From: Oscillospiraceae bacterium
GTDB taxonomy: Bacteria > Bacillota > Clostridia > Oscillospirales > CAG-272
NCBI GenBank assembly: GCA_015064255.1
Contig: SVSP01000003.1
Coordinates: 60,044-124,043 of the forward strand
DNA: 64,000 nt
Direction: 5' to 3'
Below the pieces are notes generated by a model. That model made no database searches and was not told the origin of the DNA. It worked only from the letters and a program-made list of their open reading frames with translations. The position numbers and the translations under genes are program-made. Of this stretch, positions 35,753 through 44,785 are shown one piece after another (the stretch's first letter is position 1; the number at the start of each line of letters is the position of its first letter).

Positions 35753-36709
35753 ATGAATCAGTTTACGGTATCATCATCTCCGCATATTACCGCAAGGAAA
35801 ACAACGCATACTGTAATGCGTGATGTGCTTATTTCGCTTGCACCCGCTTCAATAGCTGCAATAGTTATTTTCGGTTGGTACAGCCTCGCACTTATCACAG
35901 TATGTATCGCCGCCGCTGTTTTATCGGAGTTTTTATTCAATATTGTCTGCAAAAAGGAACAAACGATATGCGACCTCTCTGCAGCTGTTACGGGACTTAT
36001 CCTTGCACTCAACCTGCCGACCTCAGTAGCTCTATGGCAGGCGGCAATCGGCTCTGTCGTTGCAATCGTTGTAGTTAAGTGCCTTTTCGGAGGTATTGGA
36101 CAGAATTTTGCCAATCCCGCGATCGTGGCACGAATAGTTCTCTTCCTTTCGTTCAGCGATTCTATGGCAAAGAACCCGACCCCCACGTTCACTCTCGTGG
36201 ACAGCGTTTCGGGTGCTACTCCGCTTGCGGTGCTCAGCGGACTTGAAGGTGAGCTTCCCTCTATGACACAGCTCATTTTCGGTCTTTACGGCGGTGCTAT
36301 CGGCGAGACCTGCTCGATAGCTCTTATCATCGGACTTATTTATCTCCTTTGCAGAAAGGTAATAACCTGGCACATACCGATAACCTTTATCGCAACCGTA
36401 GCGATTCTCACACTCGGAGCAAATCCGATATACCAGGTACTCTCGGGCGGACTTCTTATCGGTGCAATATTTATGGCAACAGACTACGTAACCTCTCCCG
36501 CAACGCCTTGGGGAAAAGTCATATTCGGTATAGGCTGCGGACTTATCACCGTGCTTATCCGTGTGTTCGGTAACTATCCCGAGGGCGTATCATTCGGAAT
36601 ACTCCTTATGAACATACTTACTCCTTACATAGAAAAATGGACTGTAAGAAGACCTCTCGGTTCATTCTCCGCAAAAAAGAACGTAAAGAAGGAAGGTGAG
36701 GCAAAATGA
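35753..36709 (+). CDS. rnfD: Rnf complex subunit D
   Basis: Polytopic membrane protein with SSSPHI near the N terminus and the FMN-attachment-type SGATPL motif. The ATG at 35753 has an AGGAAAGGA RBS. Confidence 0.9.
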   Translation: MNQFTVSSSPHITARKTTHTVMRDVLISLAPASIAAIVIFGWYSLALITVCIAAAVLSEFLFNIVCKKEQTICDLSAAVTGLILALNLPTSVALWQAAIGSVVAIVVVKCLFGGIGQNFANPAIVARIVLFLSFSDSMAKNPTPTFTLVDSVSGATPLAVLSGLEGELPSMTQLIFGLYGGAIGETCSIALIIGLIYLLCRKVITWHIPITFIATVAILTLGANPIYQVLSGGLLIGAIFMATDYVTSPATPWGKVIFGIGCGLITVLIRVFGNYPEGVSFGILLMNILTPYIEKWTVRRPLGSFSAKKNVKKEGEAK

Positions 36710-37233
36710 AAGACTCGGTTAAAAGTGTAGTAGTTATCACGTCTATCTGTCTTATTATTGCCGCACTCCTCGGTGTTACAAATTACTTTACAGCTCCCGA
36801 TATTGAAAAAGGCGAAAAACAGCGTGCAGCCGACCTCTGTATGCAGCTTCTGCCGGGCGCAAGTGATTTCGTTGAATTCCAAACAGACGCGCTCTATAAC
36901 CTTCCCGAAACAATAACTGCAATTTACCAGGAAACACACGGTGCAGGATACGTTTTCCAGATAACAACCAAAGGATATGAGCCCGGACTTGTAATTATGT
37001 GCGGAATATCCTCGGACGGTAAAATAGTTCAAACCAAAACGCTTTCAAGCAGTGAAACAAAAACAATAGGCGGAAAAACCGAAAGCGAGGCTTACACGTC
37101 ACAGTACGTAGGTCTTGACGCTGATTTTGCCGACAAGGTTGATGCTGTTTCCGGTGCGACGATAACTTCAACGGCATACGAAAAGGCTATTGCAGATGCT
37201 TTCGTCGCTTTTAAAGTAGTTTCTGGTAATTAA
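36706..37233 (+). CDS. rnfG: Rnf complex subunit G
   Basis: N-terminal TM anchor and the FMN-binding motif DAVSGATITS. ATGA overlap with rnfD. Confidence 0.9.
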   Translation: MKDSVKSVVVITSICLIIAALLGVTNYFTAPDIEKGEKQRAADLCMQLLPGASDFVEFQTDALYNLPETITAIYQETHGAGYVFQITTKGYEPGLVIMCGISSDGKIVQTKTLSSSETKTIGGKTESEAYTSQYVGLDADFADKVDAVSGATITSTAYEKAIADAFVAFKVVSGN

Positions 37234-37251
37234 CGGAAAGGAGCAAAAGAA

Positions 37252-37977
37252 ATGTCTGATAAAAAAAGTAAACTTTCGGTTCTTATAAACGGTATAATAC
37301 GTGAAAATCCCGTACTCGTACTCGTTCTCGGAACCTGCCCCACACTTGCCGTCACAACAAGTGTCACAGCCGCTATCGGTATGGGCATCGCGGCAACGGT
37401 AGTACTTATATGCTCCAATATGGTTATTTCGGCACTCAGAAATATAATTCCCGACAAAGTACGAATTCCCTGCTACATAGTTCTTATCGCGGGATTCGTT
37501 ACGATTGTACAGCTTGTTATGCAGGCTTACCTCTATTCGCTGTACAAAATGCTCGGCGTATATCTTTCTCTTATAGTTGTAAACTGTATCATCCTAGGAA
37601 GAGCCGAGATGTTCGCAAGAAACAATACCGTCGGTGCATCATTCCTCGATGCGCTCGGAATGGGTATCGGATTTACCCTCGCGCTCATCGCTATGTCGAG
37701 TATCCGTGAAATTCTCGGTGCGGGAACTATCTGCGGTATCGCTATTCCCTTTATCAAGAATTACTCGGTCGGAATACTCACTATGGCGCCCGGCGGATTC
37801 TTCGTATTCGGCTGTCTTATAGCACTTGTCAACAAGCTGACAAAGGGCAAGGGCGTGAAACGCAAGGAATTCTCCTGCGACGTTTGTCCCTCTGCCGCTT
37901 TCTGTAAAAAGAAGGCTTTCGGAAATCCCGACAAAGCTTGCACAGGTACTCCCGAAAACAATTCGTCCGAAAACTGA
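37252..37977 (+). CDS. rnfE: Rnf complex subunit E (with an extra Cys-rich C-terminal tail)
   Basis: NPVLVLVLGTCPTLAVTT and the NCIILGRAE motif, followed by a 34-aa tail SCDVCPSAAFCKKK..ACTG. Confidence 0.9.
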   Translation: MSDKKSKLSVLINGIIRENPVLVLVLGTCPTLAVTTSVTAAIGMGIAATVVLICSNMVISALRNIIPDKVRIPCYIVLIAGFVTIVQLVMQAYLYSLYKMLGVYLSLIVVNCIILGRAEMFARNNTVGASFLDALGMGIGFTLALIAMSSIREILGAGTICGIAIPFIKNYSVGILTMAPGGFFVFGCLIALVNKLTKGKGVKRKEFSCDVCPSAAFCKKKAFGNPDKACTGTPENNSSEN

Positions 37978-38025
37978 GAAAGATCGTTTTCTCTTATATT
38001 TTTTAGAAAGGTATGGTAAAAATTG

Positions 38026-38634
38026 ATGTTTACACCGGAAATGCTAAAATCACTCGCTGTAATACTCGTCAGCAGTGTTCTTGTAAACAACTACGTACTT
38101 AATAAATTTCTCGGTATATGTCCCTTTCTCGGAGTTTCCAAAAAGCTCGATCAGGCAACCGGCATGGGACTCGCCGTAATATTCGTAATGCTTGCCGCTA
38201 CCGCCGCTACATGGCCGATATATACATACATTCTTCTTCCCAACAAGCTTGCATATATGCAGACCATCGTATTTATTCTCGTTATCGCGGCTCTCGTTCA
38301 GTTCGTTGAGATCGTTCTGAAAAAATATATTCCTTCGCTTCATAAGTCTCTCGGTGTTTATCTCCCCCTTATCACAACAAACTGTGCCGTTCTCGGCGTT
38401 GCGATAAACAACATAAACGACGGATATACGTTTATTGAATCTATGGTAAGCTCGCTCGGCTGCGGTCTCGGATTTTTGCTCGCTATGGTAATTTTCTCGG
38501 GTGTTCGTTCCCGTCTTGAAAATTCCAATCCGCCCGAATCATTCAAGGGACTTCCCATAACCCTCGTAGCCGCTGCGATCGTATCTCTTGCCTTCTTCGG
38601 TTTTGCCGGAGTTGCAGAAAATCTTTTCGCGTAA
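38026..38634 (+). CDS. rnfA: Rnf complex subunit A
   Basis: VLVNNYVLNKFLGICPFLGVSKK and the TNCAVLG motif. The start could be TTG 38023, ATG 38026 or ATG 38041. Confidence 0.9.
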   Translation: MFTPEMLKSLAVILVSSVLVNNYVLNKFLGICPFLGVSKKLDQATGMGLAVIFVMLAATAATWPIYTYILLPNKLAYMQTIVFILVIAALVQFVEIVLKKYIPSLHKSLGVYLPLITTNCAVLGVAINNINDGYTFIESMVSSLGCGLGFLLAMVIFSGVRSRLENSNPPESFKGLPITLVAAAIVSLAFFGFAGVAENLFA

Positions 38635-38649
38635 GGGAGGAAAAATGTA

Positions 38650-39462
38650 ATGACAGAAATCATTTTTGCCATCGTTGTCGTAGCCGCGATAGGACTTATC
38701 TGCGGACTTATCCTCGTTATTGCTTCGAAATTTATGGAAGTCAAGGAGGATTCGCGTATTTCCGAAGTTCGTGAATGTCTTCCCGGTGCTAACTGCGGTG
38801 CCTGCGGCTTTACAGGCTGCGACGGCTACGCAAAAGCGCTTATAGAAACCGAAGGTACACCAACAAATCTCTGTACTCCCGGCGGCTCCGATACCGCAAA
38901 GAAGATCGCAGAAAAGCTCGGTGTTGAATTTGCCGATACCGAAAAAGCTGTTGCTTACGTTCATTGTCACGGCGACTGCTCGGCAACCAAAGTCAAATTC
39001 AATTATGAAGGTATCTCGACCTGTGCAGGAGCAAAAATGCTCTTTTCGGGCAACTGGGCTTGTCCTCACAGCTGTATCGGACTCGGCGACTGCGCACTTG
39101 CCTGCCCGAGCAATGCAATACTCATACGCGACGGTATTGCGCACGTAGATCCTCATAAATGTACGGGTTGCGGTCTTTGCTCAAAGACTTGTCCCAACTC
39201 TCTTATCACACTTTATTCTGCAAGCAAGCATATCGTCGTTGCCTGCAACAGCACAGACAAGGGTGCAGTTACACGAAACGTCTGCACAAACGGCTGTATC
39301 GGCTGCAAAAAATGTGAAAAGACCTGTCCTTCGGGCGCGATAAGCGTTCAGGACAATCTCGCAAGAATAGACAGTGAAAAATGTACAGCCTGCGAGCTTT
39401 GCGTTGAGGCTTGTCCTATCGGATGTATAAAAATCGCTGATTTTGCAGTAATAAATTCTTAA
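38650..39462 (+). CDS. rnfB: Rnf complex subunit B
   Basis: N-terminal TM helix, CLPGANCGACGFTGC 4Fe-4S domain, then several CxxCxxCxxxCP ferredoxin motifs. Confidence 0.9.
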   Translation: MTEIIFAIVVVAAIGLICGLILVIASKFMEVKEDSRISEVRECLPGANCGACGFTGCDGYAKALIETEGTPTNLCTPGGSDTAKKIAEKLGVEFADTEKAVAYVHCHGDCSATKVKFNYEGISTCAGAKMLFSGNWACPHSCIGLGDCALACPSNAILIRDGIAHVDPHKCTGCGLCSKTCPNSLITLYSASKHIVVACNSTDKGAVTRNVCTNGCIGCKKCEKTCPSGAISVQDNLARIDSEKCTACELCVEACPIGCIKIADFAVINS

Positions 39463-39489
39463 AAAGCACAAACAAGGGCGTGATGAAGT

Positions 39490-39909
39490 ATGAAACAGTC
39501 AAATAAAACGGTAATACGAAACGATATTATCGTAATTGTGACTGCTCTCGTCATCGCCCTTGTTTTTTTCGTTTTTTCGCTGATATTCAGTCCGAAGGCT
39601 GACGGAGAAACTGCCGTAATATCACTCGAAGGCGAAATCATCGGAGAATATTCTCTTTCCGAAGATATTTCTCTGCCTATTTATGACAAAAGCGGCGAAT
39701 TTCTGCTTACGTTTAACGTAAAAGACGGCAAAGCTTACGTCACAGATTCTGTTTGCAACGACCACAGCTGTGAGCGTATGGGTCCTATCTCGCGTTCGGG
39801 AGAAAGCATAATCTGTCTTGTTTCAAGGCTCACGGTCACAATTGAGGGAAAATCTCAGGATATAGACGCCGTAGCGCACATTTCTTGGGAGGTGAAAAAG
39901 CGTAAATGA
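39490..39909 (+). CDS. NusG domain II-containing membrane protein
   Basis: TM helix, then a beta-rich domain with VTDSVCNDHSC..ICLVSRL, as in the NusG_II family usually paired with Gx transporters. Confidence 0.65.
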   Translation: MKQSNKTVIRNDIIVIVTALVIALVFFVFSLIFSPKADGETAVISLEGEIIGEYSLSEDISLPIYDKSGEFLLTFNVKDGKAYVTDSVCNDHSCERMGPISRSGESIICLVSRLTVTIEGKSQDIDAVAHISWEVKKRK

Positions 39910-40403
39910 AATTCAGCAAAACCAAACAGATCTCATATCTTGCTATGTTCACCCTCGTGGCGCTCGGACTTTCCTATCTTGAAAGTCTGATTCCGCCGCT
40001 TACCGCGGTTCCCGGAATAAAGATCGGACTTGCCAATCTTGCCGTGATATTTGTACTTTACAAATTCGGAGTGAAAAGTTCATTTATCGTATCACTTACC
40101 CGTGTTTTTATCTCTTTTTTGTTATTCGGAAGTGTTCTTTCGCTCGCGTACAGCTTTTCGGGTGCGATTTTCAGTATCACCGTGATGTCGGTAATGAAAA
40201 AAAGCGAAAAGTTTTCCGAAATCGGCGTGAGCGTCGCGGGTGCTACTGCGCATAATATTGCGCAAATACTCGTTGCCTTGCTTATCTTCTCTGTTTCCGA
40301 GATACTTCTTTATCTTCCCGTACTTATGATATCCGCTGTGATATCGGGGATATTTATCGGTGTCGTCGGGGCCGTGACCGTGAGAAGAATAAAGATAAAA
40401 TAG
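39906..40403 (+). CDS. Gx transporter family protein (formerly heptaprenyl diphosphate synthase component I-like)
   Basis: 165-aa polytopic protein: LSYLESLIPPLTAVPGIKIGLANLAV..ATAHNIAQ. ATGA overlap with the preceding gene. Confidence 0.7.
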   Translation: MKFSKTKQISYLAMFTLVALGLSYLESLIPPLTAVPGIKIGLANLAVIFVLYKFGVKSSFIVSLTRVFISFLLFGSVLSLAYSFSGAIFSITVMSVMKKSEKFSEIGVSVAGATAHNIAQILVALLIFSVSEILLYLPVLMISAVISGIFIGVVGAVTVRRIKIK

Positions 40404-40412
40404 CTCAAAAAG

Positions 40413-40452
40413 CATAACACCCATCGATTATTGATCGATGGGTGTTTTGTGT
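40413..40452. terminator. Bidirectional intrinsic terminator after the rnf-associated genes and the convergent CN-hydrolase gene
   Basis: AACACCCATCGAT-loop-ATCGATGGGTGTT: a 13-bp stem with AAAAAGC upstream and TTGTGTT downstream. Confidence 0.8.
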
Positions 40453-40462
40453 TCTGAAATTA

Positions 40463-41365
40463 TCACTTCTCGTCCTTTTTTTCAAAATAACGCTTATAAA
40501 GCGGAGTTTCCTCGTTAGGAAGATTTGCAAGACGGTAAGTGTCGGATCTGCGCTGACTAAAGCGAGTCTTTCGCATCGAATGTGACGGATAAAAATGAGC
40601 CGAGCCATACTGCGGTGCGGGCTCTTTTCTTATGTCAATATCTGCCGTAACCACGCAAGCCTTATCTCTCGGTGCAAGTGCAACGATATTTCCCATATTG
40701 TCAACAATACAGCTCGGATCGCAGAAGGATATTACTCCTTCGGGGTGCATTCCCATTGCCGCCGCGATAGTTACGCTATTTTCATACGCTCTCGAAAGAC
40801 CGTATATATTTTCCCATCCCCAAGTCGGGCAGGCTATGAGGTCAGCACCGCCAAGTGCAAGCTCACGCGCCGCCTCGGGAAATTGAAGATCCCAACAAAC
40901 AAGCATACCGATATTTCCGATATCGGTCTCAAAAACCTCAAATCGGTCACCCGGAGTAACGTTAAGCTCCTCGCCCGCGGGCAGATGTACCTTTTTATGT
41001 ATGCCGACGATCTCTCCGTTTCTGCCAAAAAGCACCGCCGCGTTATACGTCTTTCCGTCTATCGTAAGAAAGATTCCCGCAACGATATACATATTATATT
41101 TCTTCGCGGTATCCGAGAAACGCTTAACAAGCGGTCCGTCAAGACCTTCGTATATTTCGGGATACGGGAAACGCGTATCTCCGAATCTCGTTATGCCGTT
41201 CACAGTTTCTATTGTTACCGCAATATCAGCACCTTCTTTTCCCGCTTTTTCAAGCAGTTCAAAGCAGTCTTCAAGCGTTTCAGACGCCTTTTCCTTAAGA
41301 AAGTCAAGATCGTTTCGCGTGCTCAACATATTACGCTGACCCTGCTGTAAAACCGAGATTTTCAT
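40463..41365 (-). CDS. Carbon-nitrogen hydrolase (nitrilase superfamily) protein
   Basis: The Glu-Lys-Cys triad contexts are present: AVTIET, IHKKVHLP, GMLVCWDLQFPE. Confidence 0.8.
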   Translation of the reverse strand: MKISVLQQGQRNMLSTRNDLDFLKEKASETLEDCFELLEKAGKEGADIAVTIETVNGITRFGDTRFPYPEIYEGLDGPLVKRFSDTAKKYNMYIVAGIFLTIDGKTYNAAVLFGRNGEIVGIHKKVHLPAGEELNVTPGDRFEVFETDIGNIGMLVCWDLQFPEAARELALGGADLIACPTWGWENIYGLSRAYENSVTIAAAMGMHPEGVISFCDPSCIVDNMGNIVALAPRDKACVVTADIDIRKEPAPQYGSAHFYPSHSMRKTRFSQRRSDTYRLANLPNEETPLYKRYFEKKDEK

Positions 41366-41391
41366 ATTAAACCACTCCTGTAAGATCGTTA

Positions 41392-42105
41392 TTAAATCGG
41401 ATTTTTCTTTATCTTAGCGTAGGCACGCGGATATTTTTGCGGAGTATTTCCGGCTTTTCTTACAACTATAAGTGCTCTTGCGCCAAGCTCGTCTATATTT
41501 AGCTTATCGAAAGCCACAAGCTCACCGCCGAGGGTCTTTATTCCCTTTTCCGCCTCGCTGTATTCAAGCTCTGCGTCTGCGCCCTTCATAGCGACGAATG
41601 TACCGCCTTTTTTAACGAAAGGCAGACAAATCTCATCAAGCACGTTAAGTCTTGCCACGGCTCTTGACACGCATACGTCAAAAGTTTCGCGGTATTCGGG
41701 CATTTTCGAAGCGTCCTCTGCACGCATCGGAAGTGTTTTTACATCAAGTCCGAGCCTGTCCGCCATAGCTGACACAAAAGTGAGCTTCTTTGCCGTAGAA
41801 TCAAGCGCTGTGATCGAAATATCGGGACGCGCGATAGCAAGCGGCAGAGTCGGAAATCCTCCGCCACAGCCGACATCAATGACCTGTGCGCCCTCTTTTA
41901 TCTTATCTGCCGCCATAAGGCTATCGGCAAAATGTCCTAAAATGACTTGTCTTTGCTCGGTCAGAGCCGTGAGATTCATAACCTTATTGGTTTCGACAAG
42001 GCTCTCATAAAGTATCTCAAAGCGCTCTGCAGATTCCGACACCGCATATTTTTCAAGTCCAAGAGATTTGAATATTTCTGTAAATTCTTCTCTGAAAGAA
42101 ATCAT
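41392..42105 (-). CDS. rsmG: 16S rRNA (guanine527-N7)-methyltransferase RsmG
   Basis: LTALTEQRQVILGHFADSL and the SAM motif VIDVGCGGGFPTLPLAI. 237 aa. Confidence 0.9.
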   Translation of the reverse strand: MISFREEFTEIFKSLGLEKYAVSESAERFEILYESLVETNKVMNLTALTEQRQVILGHFADSLMAADKIKEGAQVIDVGCGGGFPTLPLAIARPDISITALDSTAKKLTFVSAMADRLGLDVKTLPMRAEDASKMPEYRETFDVCVSRAVARLNVLDEICLPFVKKGGTFVAMKGADAELEYSEAEKGIKTLGGELVAFDKLNIDELGARALIVVRKAGNTPQKYPRAYAKIKKNPI

Positions 42106-42120
42106 TTATTACCACCTGTA

Positions 42121-43047
42121 TTAAAATACCAAAATCGACATAACCGTGAAAAGAAGAGCGCATACCAAGAATACCGGCGAAAGAAACACCTCGGTTATGG
42201 CGTATATTCCGTGTGTTCTTCCCTTTTGTGCCTTGTCATTTTTCTTCATAACAGCATCACCGACCGCATATTCCCAATATATTATCGACGCTTCTCTGAG
42301 CGAAAGAATAAGCGTAAGCAGAAAGAGCGAAATGAGTATAAACAGAGAAAGCACAGTACTTCCCGAACCCATTATCATCTGCGAAACAAGCGTTATCGCA
42401 TATATACTGAACAAATTATTGGCAAGGTGTAAAATCATCGTTATAAACAGATTTTGAGTTATATAATACGCACTTCCGAGTACGATTCCGCAAAAGAAAT
42501 AGGAAAGAAATCCGTTTATATCAAAGTGAAGCATTGCAAAGGCAAGCGAAGAGAGGGTTATCGCGCAGAATTTGCCGTATCCGCTGTATTCATACAAAAG
42601 TATGCCTCTGAAAACGAATTCCTCGCATATTGCGGGAATAAGACAAAGCGCAAGAAAAACGTACGAAAATCCGCTTTTCTCGCTTATTGCCGAAAGCTCC
42701 TGTCCCGTTGTCGAAACAGAATACTCTGCACCGCCTATCGCATAGACTATAAACTGTATAAGCATACTTCCTATTACAAGAACTCCGAGAGTGTATATAC
42801 AAAACAAAGTCTTGGACGGGATCATAGCACTTGCGTTTATATTTGAAAAATATTTATCGCCGCGCGTACGTATATAAAAGAGTGCCGGAAGCGCAAATAT
42901 CACGACCTGCGCAACTATCGTCTTCATAAATATTTCGTCAACGCTTTTACCAGAAGTCAGGTTAAAAAGTCTTACGGTAAGCGTCATTATGAAAACAAAA
43001 AGTATAAGCAGAGGCGCAATACCCGAGCTTTTAAACTTCTTTGCCAA
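42121..43047 (-). CDS. CPBP (CAAX/Abi) family intramembrane metalloprotease
   Basis: Polytopic protein with EEFVFRGILL, FAMLHF and HLANN motifs. TTG start overlapping the upstream gene by 17 nt. Confidence 0.8.
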   Translation of the reverse strand: MAKKFKSSGIAPLLILFVFIMTLTVRLFNLTSGKSVDEIFMKTIVAQVVIFALPALFYIRTRGDKYFSNINASAMIPSKTLFCIYTLGVLVIGSMLIQFIVYAIGGAEYSVSTTGQELSAISEKSGFSYVFLALCLIPAICEEFVFRGILLYEYSGYGKFCAITLSSLAFAMLHFDINGFLSYFFCGIVLGSAYYITQNLFITMILHLANNLFSIYAITLVSQMIMGSGSTVLSLFILISLFLLTLILSLREASIIYWEYAVGDAVMKKNDKAQKGRTHGIYAITEVFLSPVFLVCALLFTVMSILVF

Positions 43048-43624
43048 CGATCCTCACCTCTTTTTCGCTCACAAGAAGATCTACCGCTATATCGTATCTT
43101 CCGTGCGGAAGCTTGTCCGCAAGAAAATCCGAATATATAAGTCCTACTGTTGAAATTCCGGACGTACTGAAATATCTGTCATAAAATCCTTTGCCGTATC
43201 CCAGTCTGTAGCCCGATTTATCGTAAGCAAGCGCCGGAATAATTACCGCAGTCGGACCGCAAAGATTCTGTCGCTCGAAGAGCTCGGCATCTTCTTTCGG
43301 CTCCATTATACCAAAGCGACCTTCTATAAGATCGTCAAGAGAGTTTATGTAATGAAAATACATTATTGCCCCATTTGCCTCGCATCGCGGAAGAGCGACT
43401 CTTTTACCGTCCTCGAGTGCTTTTTTTATAAGCGGCACTATGTTTATTTCACCCTTGACAGGATAATAAAGAAGCAGAGTGTGCGCGTAACGGTAAGTAG
43501 CAAGCGACATAAATTTATTTAATATTTTTTCGTCAATTTTTTTCTTTTTTTCAGGGTCTATATTTGCTCTGCGCTCAGCATAAAGAGTCCGCAAAGCGTT
43601 TTTTTCTTCTTTTATTTGATACAT
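43031..43624 (-). CDS. 5-formyltetrahydrofolate cyclo-ligase
   Basis: IIPALAYDKSGYRLGYGKGFYDRYF is the family signature. 197 aa. Confidence 0.9.
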   Translation of the reverse strand: MYQIKEEKNALRTLYAERRANIDPEKKKKIDEKILNKFMSLATYRYAHTLLLYYPVKGEINIVPLIKKALEDGKRVALPRCEANGAIMYFHYINSLDDLIEGRFGIMEPKEDAELFERQNLCGPTAVIIPALAYDKSGYRLGYGKGFYDRYFSTSGISTVGLIYSDFLADKLPHGRYDIAVDLLVSEKEVRIVGKEV

Positions 43625-43655
43625 TACTCACTACTCCGAGTTAATTTTGTCGGTT

Positions 43656-44207
43656 TTATTTAAATCTTATTGCCTTTGCTATCTTTACGGCAGCTTCCTT
43701 TGAGCGAAGCTTTTCAACTATTGCAAGTCCGAATTCGGTAGCAACACCCATTCCCGCCGCGGTTATTATATTCTCGCTGACAGCCACCTTTGCTCTTTTC
43801 GGTATTTTAGCACCGATAAGCTCGCCCTCAAATCCGGGATAGCAAACCGCATTTTTATCTGCAAGAAGTCCGAGTCTTCCGAGAATCATAGGTGCCGCGC
43901 ATATTGCCGCGAGTGTGATACCCTTGTTTGCCGCAAGAACGAGCATATCGCGAAGCGGACGGCAATCAAAAAGATTTGTCGTGCCGGGCATACCGCCGGG
44001 GAGCATTATAAGCTCAAGATCTTCGCGCGCAATCGAAATTTCTTTTATTTTTTTATCGGCTCTGAGCGTTATTCCGTGCGCGCCCTTTACTATAAGGTCC
44101 TCTGACACCGAAACAAGCTCGACGTCGATTCCTGCACGGATCATAATATCTATCGGGCATATAGCCTCGGTTTCCTCAAAACCGTTTGCAAGAAAAACGT
44201 AAACCAT
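43656..44207 (-). CDS. DJ-1/PfpI/ThiJ family protein
   Basis: VFLANGFEETEA..LPGGMPG..LAAICAAP (nucleophile-elbow Cys). The ATG at 44207 has a GGAGG RBS 8 nt upstream. Confidence 0.85.
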   Translation of the reverse strand: MVYVFLANGFEETEAICPIDIMIRAGIDVELVSVSEDLIVKGAHGITLRADKKIKEISIAREDLELIMLPGGMPGTTNLFDCRPLRDMLVLAANKGITLAAICAAPMILGRLGLLADKNAVCYPGFEGELIGAKIPKRAKVAVSENIITAAGMGVATEFGLAIVEKLRSKEAAVKIAKAIRFK

Positions 44208-44242
44208 TTTTAATTCCTCCAAATTTCAAGCCAAAGGTGTTT

Positions 44243-44785
44243 TCAGATGAAAAAGTCAGACTTTTTTCCTTCAACGCCTTTAGACCTGTTATACTTTATT
44301 TTTACAAGCGCAGACACTTTTTTGCCGCTTTTTTTCTCTGTAAAGAAGAGCGCAGGATCGACAAAACGCTCGTCAACGTCCACTTTTTCATTATATCCGA
44401 ATTTCTCGTACATAACAAAAAGATCGGGAGTTTCGGGCACGAGAAGAACAAAGCTCTCCGCTTCGCATTCGGAAGCTTCAAGAAGATTTCTTGCTATGCC
44501 TCGTCCTCTGAACGCTTCTTCGACCGCAAGTGCGTATATATATTTACCGCAAAGCTGCTCACCCTCGCAAAGAAGCTTGCAGTCAACAGCGTTCACCATA
44601 CCTACGACCTTTCCGCCGACTTTTGCCACGAAAGTGTTATCCTTCATCGGAAAAGCATCGTAGAAGCCGTCGATAAATTTCTCTTCATCTCCGAATATTT
44701 TCTGCCAAAGCATTTTGACAGAGTACTCGTCCTGCTTTTCAGCCCTCTTGATTACAAAATCACACACAGTCTTTTCATTCATCAT
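44243..44785 (-). CDS. GNAT family N-acetyltransferase
   Basis: Acetyl-CoA motif A: LAVEEAFRGRGIARNLL. 180 aa. Confidence 0.8.
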   Translation of the reverse strand: MMNEKTVCDFVIKRAEKQDEYSVKMLWQKIFGDEEKFIDGFYDAFPMKDNTFVAKVGGKVVGMVNAVDCKLLCEGEQLCGKYIYALAVEEAFRGRGIARNLLEASECEAESFVLLVPETPDLFVMYEKFGYNEKVDVDERFVDPALFFTEKKSGKKVSALVKIKYNRSKGVEGKKSDFFI

